A DNA stretch of 64,000 bases from Gammaproteobacteria bacterium (GTDB lineage: Bacteria; Pseudomonadota; Gammaproteobacteria; Eutrophobiales; Eutrophobiaceae). Below are positions 28,613 through 34,859 of this stretch, piece by piece. The position numbers and the translations under genes were made by a program. The notes beneath the pieces were generated by a model. The model did no database searches. It was not told where the DNA came from and worked only from the letters and a program-made list of their open reading frames with translations. The stretch covers positions 993,589-1,057,588 of the forward strand of contig CBDEUK010000002.1 of assembly GCA_965243205.1 (NCBI GenBank), written 5' to 3'. How positions within the stretch are numbered: the stretch's first letter is position 1; each line of letters opens with the position of its first letter.

Positions 28613-29557
28613 TTATCCTTGTTCGATCACTTTGATATATTCATTTTTAGCTTCACGACTGGTTCCAACGACGATTCTTTTTTCACCATGTGAATTAATT
28701 TCAATCATACCTGAAATTTCGATCATCTCGCCTTGTATCGCTTGCCCTACATAAGTTGCAGTATAACAAACAACCTCATTCAATTCTGGATTGTCTAGAT
28801 AATATCTTGCAGGCAAATCAAAGCTTTTAGAATCATCAATGACTCTTGCTTTTAGAGTAATTGATGATTCTTTTTTAAAAGGTCCATGTTCATTAATCAA
28901 CTCATTTTCATTTAAGACAAGGCTGACATCCACTTTAGTTCCATTGTATAAAAACTTATTTAACTTACGTTCTTCATGAAATACATATTCATCAAAAGTA
29001 ATAGAAGCATCTCTTCGATTAAAACTGTCTTTCCAAACTTCATAATCAAGTGCTTGAAAAAAATCATTTTCTAATGCTTGCTTTATTAATTCTCTAACCT
29101 TACAAAATGATTCTCTACCATAAATCACAATATCAATATCAGACTTATCTGTTTGAAAACCAATGAGCACAGAACCTGTTACACCTATCGATTGTGTTTG
29201 TAACCCTGAGTTAACAAAAAAGTTAATCAATTCTAATGTTTGAGTTTGTTTAACATCATGAACAGGTAGAGTCTTTAAAAAAAGATAAGCTTCATTAGGA
29301 ATAAAAATTCTTTCAATTTCATCAATAGAAATTGCATGCAATAAAACATCGTGGTTTTTAGAATGAAATAAATATTCAGGTTTATTCTGTTTTAAAAACT
29401 CATTAGCTTGTTGCGTACTTAATTTGACAACATCACCTAATTCATCTTGATAATAACGCAATGTTGTTAAGACACGATCATCTTCCAACTCATATGCAAC
29501 GACGGCTGCATAAAATCCTTGTGTGTAGATATAATCTTTAGGTCTAAAATCAGTCAT
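28613..29557 (-). CDS. nucleotidyltransferase-fold protein (Pol-beta/MNT superfamily)
   Basis: hG[GS]...D[ILV]D motif (GVTGSVLIGFQTDKSDIDIVIY). Specific family not recognisable from sequence alone. Confidence 0.55.
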   Translation of the reverse strand: MTDFRPKDYIYTQGFYAAVVAYELEDDRVLTTLRYYQDELGDVVKLSTQQANEFLKQNKPEYLFHSKNHDVLLHAISIDEIERIFIPNEAYLFLKTLPVHDVKQTQTLELINFFVNSGLQTQSIGVTGSVLIGFQTDKSDIDIVIYGRESFCKVRELIKQALENDFFQALDYEVWKDSFNRRDASITFDEYVFHEERKLNKFLYNGTKVDVSLVLNENELINEHGPFKKESSITLKARVIDDSKSFDLPARYYLDNPELNEVVCYTATYVGQAIQGEMIEISGMIEINSHGEKRIVVGTSREAKNEYIKVIEQG

Positions 29558-29589
29558 AAAACTTTAATAAAATATTTTTTAAATAATGC

Positions 29590-29617
29590 TTGCATTCAAT
29601 TAAGTTATGCCTATAAT
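29590..29617 (+). promoter_or_regulatory. near-consensus sigma70 promoter (TTGCAT-16-TATAAT) with GC-rich discriminator
   Basis: Read directly from the sequence. GCGCGCC follows the -10 element. It sits 33 nt upstream of the divergent nucleotidyltransferase start. Confidence 0.5.
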
Positions 29618-29792
29618 GCGCGCCCATTATGAAACAAGAAACAATTAACACGCAAACGAACTTTATAATGTTGTCTCTAGAAAGCAATGTTAACAGACTT
29701 CATCGTGCCTATAAAAAACCGATAGGTGATGTAGCACATTAGATCAGGTTATCTAAAACATAGAGCCTGATAAAAATTATCATGGCTCAAAC

Positions 29793-29830
29793 AAAACCCC
29801 GATGAGCCGTGAGGACTTCGGGGTTTTTTA
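29793..29830. terminator. rho-independent terminator (CCCCGA...TCGGGG + T6), A-run on the other side
   Basis: Hairpin plus T-run. Closes a ~200-nt transcription unit started by the promoter at 29590. Confidence 0.6.
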
Positions 29831-29842
29831 TTGGAGAAAATA

Positions 29843-29971
29843 TGCCTATAGAAATAAGTAACAATTTTTTATATTTAAAAAATGATAGACGCATCAGATC
29901 TGAACATCCGTGCTGCTCTCAATGGATCGGTACGCCTGTAAAAAATGCTGATGAATATAAAACTACTTAGC
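29843..29971 (+). CDS. possible small ORF (42 aa) with good SD
   Basis: GGAGaaaatATG. No recognisable domain. May instead be part of a non-coding leader. Confidence 0.25.
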
Positions 29972-30028
29972 TTCTTGTAATGTTACGGGAGGCTAATGTT
30001 AAAGCCTTCTGGACTTAAAAATATAAAA

Positions 30029-30061
30029 GCCCGGTTGGCAAAAGCCAAACGGGCTTTTTTT
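30029..30061 (+). terminator. strong rho-independent terminator immediately upstream of the tRNA-like array
   Basis: 11-bp stem GCCCGGTTGGC/GCCAAACGGGC with AAAA loop and T7 run. Confidence 0.65.
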
Positions 30062-30062
30062 A

Positions 30063-30184
30063 TGGCATGTGCACCATAGATAGGTGAGCTGACTGTTAAT
30101 CAGTTGTATGCAAGTTACCTGCAAGGATGCAGGTAAGGGGCGTAAGCAGGAGCGGTAAGCTTTCAAATCTTGCCGTGCCAGCCA
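30063..30184 (+). ncRNA. tRNA-like element A: acceptor stem + D-arm + anticodon arm (GUU, Asn-like) + encoded CCA; T-arm replaced by an ~70-nt structured module
   Basis: Read from the sequence: 5' TGGCATG pairs with 3' CGTGCCA-G-CCA. D stem CACC/GGTG. Anticodon stem GCTGA/TCAGT with loop CTGTTAA. No TTCGA T-loop. Extra hairpin ACCTGCA-AGGA-TGCAGGT. Confidence 0.4.
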
Positions 30185-30192
30185 AATTGAAC

Positions 30193-30269
30193 GGATCGGT
30201 AGCTCAGTCAGGTAGAGCGATTGGTTGAAACCCAATGCGTCGGTGGTGCAAAGCCATCTCGATCCACCA
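30193..30269 (+). tRNA. tRNA-Phe(GAA)-like, degenerate T-loop, encoded CCA
   Basis: GGATCGG-TA-GCTC-AGTCAGGTA-GAGC... D-arm nearly identical to E. coli tRNA-Phe. Anticodon loop TTGAAAC. T-loop is TGCAAAG rather than TTCGAxT. Acceptor 7 bp then A-CCA. Confidence 0.55.
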
Positions 30270-30281
30270 ATTGATTTAAAT

Positions 30282-30501
30282 GGGCATGTTGGCAAATGGA
30301 TGCTACCACCTAAAACGGTTGCTGAAGTGGTCCGAGTAAAACCGGCAGTCGCCTAAGTTGTTAAACCAGCATGGTTGAGGATGCAGGTTAATGCTCTTGG
30401 TAAGCGGGTGTTAACTGGCGCGCGTTTCCAATGGTTTAACAAGTCAAGAGTAATGCCTTGATTGTGATTGTATGTGGGTTCGATACCCGTCATGTCCACC
30501 A
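30282..30501 (+). ncRNA. tRNA-like element C (220 nt): acceptor stem, D-arm, canonical T-arm and CCA, with an ~150-nt insertion between anticodon region and T-arm
   Basis: 5' GGGCATG pairs with 3' CATGTCC-A-CCA. T-arm GTGGG-TTCGATA-CCCGT. Stem ACCAC/GTGGT encloses a 17-nt loop. Insert contains the GGATGCAGGT motif shared with element A. Confidence 0.4.
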
Positions 30502-30512
30502 AATTAAGATAT

Positions 30513-30636
30513 ACGCCTATAGCTCAATGGCGAGAGCAACAGAATACGAATCCGTTAGGTGTAGGTCTCTTGCATGGATGCAAGAGAGGGGCGCGAGCAG
30601 GAAGCGACAAGCTTTCAACTCCTACTGGGCGTACCA
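30513..30636 (+). ncRNA. tRNA-like element B: acceptor stem + canonical D-arm + CCA, no T-arm, carries the same extra module as A
   Basis: 5' ACGCCTA-TA-GCTC-AATGGCGA-GAGC; 3' TGGGCGT-A-CCA. Hairpin TCTCTTGCA-TGGA-TGCAAGAGA followed by GGGGCGCGAGCAGGAAGCGACAAGCTTTCAA. Confidence 0.4.
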
Positions 30637-30652
30637 ATTTTAAATGTAGTAA

Positions 30653-30727
30653 TGGTCGTTAGCTTAATGGAAAAGCAGCTGCCTTTTAAGCAGCCAGATA
30701 TCCGTTCAAGTCGGATACGACCAACCA
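30653..30727 (+). tRNA. tRNA-Lys(UUU), canonical cloverleaf, encoded CCA
   Basis: Acceptor TGGTCGT/ACGACCA. D GCTT/AAGC. Anticodon stem GCTGC/GCAGC with loop CTTTTAA. T-arm ATCCG-TTCAAGT-CGGAT. Then A-CCA. Confidence 0.7.
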
Positions 30728-30741
30728 ATATAAAAGATTTT

Positions 30742-30827
30742 GTCGGTGTGGCGGAATTGGCATACGCACTGGTTTCAGAAACCAGCGTCTTTATGACATG
30801 CAGGATCGTAGCCTGCCACCGATACCA
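30742..30827 (+). tRNA. tRNA-Leu(CAG)-like (class II, long variable arm), degenerate T-loop, encoded CCA
   Basis: GTCGGTG-TG-GCGGAATTGGCATACGC is a Leu-type D-arm. Anticodon stem CTGGT/ACCAG with loop TTCAGAA. Variable arm GTC-TTTAT-GAC. T-stem GCAGG/CCTGC with loop ATCGTAG. CACCGAT-A-CCA. Confidence 0.55.
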
Positions 30828-30980
30828 AATGTTGTTTTATGAATCGAATTTATAAAACACAAAAGCGTTAGAGATAACATGTTTGAGAACAGCGGTTCAG
30901 GCTCGTGAGTTCCTGTCCGGTGCACTGAAGTTTGAATCACAAAGTGTATACCGTTCGATAAGGACATGCTTTGACACCAA

Positions 30981-31053
30981 GTGGATATAGCTCAGTTGGG
31001 AGAGCACCTGACTCATAATCAGATTGTCGAAGGTTCGATTCCTTCTATCCTCA
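30981..31053 (+). tRNA. tRNA with CAU anticodon (Met elongator or Ile2-lysidine type); no encoded CCA; one acceptor mismatch
   Basis: GTGGATA-TA-GCTC-AGTTGGGA-GAGC-A-CCTGA-CTCATAA-TCAGA-TTGTC-GAAGG-TTCGATT-CCTTC-TATCCTC-A. T2:T71 mismatch. Followed by GAAAAG. Confidence 0.6.
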
Positions 31054-31135
31054 GAAAAGTGGCGGAATGGTAAACGCACAGACCTTATAAGTCTGCGGGC
31101 AAAAGCCCTTGTGGGTTCGAATCCCACCTTTACTA
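31053..31135 (+). tRNA. class II (Leu-like D-arm, long variable arm) tRNA with anticodon UAU; abuts the previous tRNA; no CCA
   Basis: AGAAAAG-TG-GCG-GAATGGTAAA-CGC-A-CAGAC-CTTATAA-GTCTG-CGGGCAAAAGCCCTT-GTGGG-TTCGAAT-CCCAC-CTTTACT-A. A3:A70 mismatch. Confidence 0.5.
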
Positions 31136-31429
31136 CTAAGCCGATGTCGAAAGACATCATTACAACAGGGTGCCGTGAATATCCTGTTTATGAAAGATAA
31201 GCAGTCAGTATCTGGAACAACAATTTATTCATCATGATTAAAACCTGTGTTTAGGTAAGAACCTGTTTTATTACGTGACAGGAAATATTCGTCGTTAAAA
31301 AGGAAAACCACCAGGATAGGTGAAACGAATGATTCCACTTACTTAATTAAAACAGAATATTCAAACGTAAACCCGTTTTAGTTGTGTCAGGTGTCCTGTC
31401 TTTATTAACTATATAAAAGGAGAAATTTA

Positions 31430-32572
31430 ATGTTCTTTCTTAAACGTATTGTCGTAGCCGACTACGAACGTGCGTTGCTGATCAAGAACCGCAGTGTTCA
31501 ACGTGTGTTGGAACCTGGCGTGTATCGTTTTTTCGATCCGCTACGTCGTCTCAAGGTTGAGATCTACGATCTAAATGAAGCCGAATTCAATTTTGAAAAA
31601 TTGGATTATTTGATCAAACAAAAAACTGATTTGGTCAATGAACATTTTCAAGTAATTGAACTTGGCGAATTCGAGGTTGGTCTGGTTTATAAAAACGGTC
31701 AGCTCGAAGATGTATTAGAACCTGGTTCTCGTCAGCTGTATTGGAAAGGCTTAGTCGATATCGACGTTGAAGTAGTTGATATCCAAACTGACTTTATGGT
31801 TGCTAAGAATAAATTAAAAGTTCTGGTTCGTAACCGTAATACAAAGTTGGCGAATAAACTGTCTCAGTTTATCTATATCGCTGAGGTAGAACAGAACTGG
31901 GTTGGTTTACTGCTCGTTGATGGCGAGTTGGTTGAACAATTAAATGCTGGTATTTATGCATTTTGGAAGTTCAATCGCAATATCAAAGTTGAGCAGGAAG
32001 ATTTGCGAGTACAAAACATGGAAGTAAATGGTCAAGAAATCTTGACCAAGGATAAGGTGACGCTACGTGCCAACATGGCAGTAACTTTTAAAGTGACTGA
32101 TGCCATTCAAGCACGTAGCTCAGTTAAGAACTGGGTGGATCATCTATATCGCGAAGCGCAATTTGGACTGCGCCAAGCTGTGGGTACTCGAAGCTTGGAT
32201 ACGCTACTCGCAAATAAAGGCGAATTGGATCGTGGAGTCTACGATGCTGTTCGCAATCAGGTGGCTGATAACGGCATTGAAGTAATTAATGTTGGCATCA
32301 AAGATCTGATCTTACCTGGTGAAATGAAGGATATTTTGAACCAGGTTGTTGAAGCAGAGAAAGTCGCGCAAGCGAATGTGATCAAACGTCGTGAGGAAAC
32401 TGCGGCAACACGTTCTCTGTTGAATACAGCGAAACTCATGGATGAGAACCCTACCCTGCTGCGATTGAAGGAGCTGGAAACTCTGGAAAAAGTCACTGAA
32501 AAAGTTGACCGACTCACTGTTTTCGGCGGCCTTGATGGGGTCCTGCAGGATACCGTTAAGATCAATGTTTAA
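31430..32572 (+). CDS. SPFH/band-7 (stomatin/prohibitin-like) domain protein, apparently soluble, with triplicated N-terminal motif
   Basis: SPFH core (…EVINVGIKDLILPGEMKDILNQVVEAEKVAQANVIKRREETAA…). No N-terminal TM. Three ~35-aa repeats (…VLEPG.Y…VE..DL…). Confidence 0.75.
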   Translation: MFFLKRIVVADYERALLIKNRSVQRVLEPGVYRFFDPLRRLKVEIYDLNEAEFNFEKLDYLIKQKTDLVNEHFQVIELGEFEVGLVYKNGQLEDVLEPGSRQLYWKGLVDIDVEVVDIQTDFMVAKNKLKVLVRNRNTKLANKLSQFIYIAEVEQNWVGLLLVDGELVEQLNAGIYAFWKFNRNIKVEQEDLRVQNMEVNGQEILTKDKVTLRANMAVTFKVTDAIQARSSVKNWVDHLYREAQFGLRQAVGTRSLDTLLANKGELDRGVYDAVRNQVADNGIEVINVGIKDLILPGEMKDILNQVVEAEKVAQANVIKRREETAATRSLLNTAKLMDENPTLLRLKELETLEKVTEKVDRLTVFGGLDGVLQDTVKINV

Positions 32573-32656
32573 TGATGAACTGAGATCAACCCATCAAATT
32601 TGAAAGGTTCGGGGAATTGGCCCCGAACCGCTTATTAATATAAATGGAGAAATACA

Positions 32657-33250
32657 ATGTCTATCGTATGTGCAGCAATTAAAAATGGTGAAATAGCAAT
32701 CGCTGCTGATACTCAGTTAAGCTTTGGCTCTTTAATTGTTGGCTCTGATAATTTAGATAATGCATCTAAGTTATGTATGGTCGAAGATAATGTTGTTGGT
32801 ATCGTTGGTTGGAATGCTGTCAGTAGCTTATTCGAATATGTAACAGAAGAGCATAAAGAAATATTTAATTTTTCAGACAGAAAAAATATTTTAAAAACAT
32901 TATTTAAATTACATAAGCTATTAAAAAATGAATATTTTCTTGAAACTGTTGAAGATAGAGATCAACCTGTTGAATCAATTCAACTCAGAGCCATTATCAT
33001 TAATAGTGGTGGTATTTATGAGATCAATAGCTATAGAGAAGTCAATCATTATTTAAAGTACTGGGCAATCGGTTCTGGACGCTACTATGCATTAGGAGCA
33101 ATACATGCTCAATATGAAAGCCAAATTAATGCTAAAGACTTGGTATTAAACGGCGTAGCATCTGCATGTTGTTTTGATGAAAGTTGTTCTTTACCTTCTC
33201 AAATAGAAATCATCAAAGCAAAACAAGAAAGTATTGCTATGGCAAGTTAA
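32657..33250 (+). CDS. HslV-like Ntn-hydrolase (proteasome beta-type) peptidase homolog
   Basis: N-terminal MSIVCAAIKNGEIAIAADTQLSFG parallels HslV (TTIVSVRRNG.VVIGGDGQVSLG). AIGSGRYYALGA parallels the HslV GSGG region. No hslU nearby. Confidence 0.6.
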   Translation: MSIVCAAIKNGEIAIAADTQLSFGSLIVGSDNLDNASKLCMVEDNVVGIVGWNAVSSLFEYVTEEHKEIFNFSDRKNILKTLFKLHKLLKNEYFLETVEDRDQPVESIQLRAIIINSGGIYEINSYREVNHYLKYWAIGSGRYYALGAIHAQYESQINAKDLVLNGVASACCFDESCSLPSQIEIIKAKQESIAMAS

Positions 33251-33277
33251 ACTATTATTTACATTAAGGAAAATACA

Positions 33278-34474
33278 ATGCCTATTAAACAAATTATTAC
33301 CAAAGGGAAAGTCCCCGTTAAAATTTATACTGATGACATTGAATTTGAAGCGTATAACCAACTGAAAAATATTTCAGAATTACCTTTCATTCACAGCCAT
33401 GTCGCGGCAATGCCTGATGTACATATGGGTAAAGGTGCAACCGTTGGTTCAGTTATTCCAACTAAAGGCGCAATCATCCCTGCTGCGGTTGGCGTTGATA
33501 TTGGTTGTGGCATGAATGCCATTCGTTTGTCATTGAAAGCAGAACAATTACCTGACAATTTACGCGGTTTGCGCACTACCATTGAATCGGTTGTGCCTGT
33601 TGGTTTTAACATGCATAAAAAAGATATGGCAAAAGACTCAACCATTCGTGCGGTTGCTAAAGGTCTTGAACCTATCATGGCAAAGCATAAAAAACTCAAT
33701 AACAGTAAAAACAAACCGTTTTTAACTTGGGTAAGACAATTAGGTACTTTAGGTGGTGGTAATCATTTTATTGAAATTTGTCTGGATGAAGAAGATTTTG
33801 TTTGGATCATGTTGCATTCAGGAAGCCGAGGCATCGGTAACCGAATTGGTCAATACTTTATTGAATTGGCTAAGAAAGACATGCAACGTCTACAAATCAA
33901 CTTACCAGATAAAGACCTCGCTTACTTTACTGAAGGTACGGATTATTTTGATGACTATGTTGAAGCCGTTAGTTGGGCTCAAGACTATGCCATGATCAAT
34001 CGTAAAGAAATGATGCGTATGATTTTGGATGTCTTAAAGAAAAAACTACCAAGCTTTAAGATCGATAAACAAGCGATTAATTGTCATCATAATTATGTGA
34101 CTGAAGAAATCCATTACGATGAAAAAGTCTTTGTGACACGTAAAGGTGCAATTAAAGCTGGAGATGGCGATTTAGGTATTATCCCAGGCAGTATGGGAGC
34201 ACGTTCTTATATTGTTTCTGGAAAAGGTAATCCTACATCATTTAACTCTTGCGCACATGGTGCCGGAAGAAAAATGAGCCGTACCCAAGCAAAAAAACAA
34301 TTCAATACAGTCGATGTTGAAAAACAAACCGAAGGTGTTGAATGTCGTAAAGACAAAGGCATCATCGATGAAATCCCTGGTGCTTATAAGGATATTGATC
34401 AAGTGATGGAAAACCAATCGGATTTGGTCGATATTGTTCATACATTAAAACAAGTGGTTTGTGTTAAAGGTTAA
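33278..34474 (+). CDS. rtcB: RNA 3'-phosphate/2',3'-cyclic phosphate ligase RtcB
   Basis: 398 aa. The metal-binding motifs (MPDVHMGKGATVGSV, GVDIGCGM), the HNYV region, and the length all match RtcB. Confidence 0.9.
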   Translation: MPIKQIITKGKVPVKIYTDDIEFEAYNQLKNISELPFIHSHVAAMPDVHMGKGATVGSVIPTKGAIIPAAVGVDIGCGMNAIRLSLKAEQLPDNLRGLRTTIESVVPVGFNMHKKDMAKDSTIRAVAKGLEPIMAKHKKLNNSKNKPFLTWVRQLGTLGGGNHFIEICLDEEDFVWIMLHSGSRGIGNRIGQYFIELAKKDMQRLQINLPDKDLAYFTEGTDYFDDYVEAVSWAQDYAMINRKEMMRMILDVLKKKLPSFKIDKQAINCHHNYVTEEIHYDEKVFVTRKGAIKAGDGDLGIIPGSMGARSYIVSGKGNPTSFNSCAHGAGRKMSRTQAKKQFNTVDVEKQTEGVECRKDKGIIDEIPGAYKDIDQVMENQSDLVDIVHTLKQVVCVKG

Positions 34475-34490
34475 AGGAGGTGATATTTTT

Positions 34491-34694
34491 ATGACTAAAC
34501 GCAGAAACCCGTTTGCTTGCGCACCCATTATGCGAAAAGGTGGAATGCATATTCAATCGAAAACTGGTCAACGTCGTTCGAATAAAAATAAATTATTGGA
34601 CGAAGTAGATGAGTATTTAGATGAACTAAAGCAGACACAAAAAAACCGAATCATCGGCAAATCCGATGATTCGGCCACTATCATTTATTTTTAA
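34491..34694 (+). CDS. small basic hypothetical protein co-transcribed with rtcB
   Basis: 67 aa. AAGGAGG SD upstream of the ATG. Lys/Arg-rich N-terminus and acidic middle. No family recognised. Confidence 0.4.
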   Translation: MTKRRNPFACAPIMRKGGMHIQSKTGQRRSNKNKLLDEVDEYLDELKQTQKNRIIGKSDDSATIIYF

Positions 34695-34859
34695 CATTTT
34701 TTTAACTCCTATTTATTTTGTGAATTCATTCACATCTTTAAACATTCCTTCTTAAACTGATTAGAAATTGTTCACAGTTTTCTACACTTCTTATCGAAGT
34801 AGGTCGATATATGTGTGATTGTAATTATTACACTAGTATCTATTTGTTGGAGTTATAAA

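Noticed and set aside
28613-29557. CBASS CD-NTase interpretation of the nucleotidyltransferase
   Set aside because: No effector, E1/E2 or Cap genes adjacent, and the GS...DxD motif sits ~120 aa into the protein. This is not enough to support the call.
29999-30295. 98-aa minus-strand ORF spanning the terminator and elements A/Phe-like
   Set aside because: It overlaps a terminator hairpin and tRNA-like genes and has no RBS. It is spurious.
30282-30501. Element C as a tRNA carrying a group I intron, or as tmRNA
   Set aside because: The insertion is not in the anticodon loop, and at ~150 nt it is too small for a group I intron. No tag-peptide reading frame or tmRNA pseudoknot layout is visible, and the length is wrong for ssrA.
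30458-30855. Three overlapping + strand ORFs (61, 64, 93 aa) inside the tRNA-like array
   Set aside because: They lie entirely within structured RNA elements, have no RBS, and translate T-arm/acceptor sequences. They are not coding.
30897-31160. 87-aa minus-strand ORF (contains VGFEPT)
   Set aside because: It is the antisense translation of the tRNA T-arm sequences (GGTTCGAATCC), a classic spurious ORF over tRNA genes.
34491-34694. Small basic protein as ArfA-like ribosome rescue factor
   Set aside because: Only a weak MRKG..H resemblance. It lacks the conserved ArfA N-terminal helix, so it is left as hypothetical.
29560-34700. Rsr(Ro60)-Y RNA-RtcBA locus
   Set aside because: No TROVE/vWA Ro60-like ORF, no rtcA and no sigma54 RtcR are present. 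Only the RtcB-plus-tRNA-like-RNA analogy holds, so it is reported as an analogy only.
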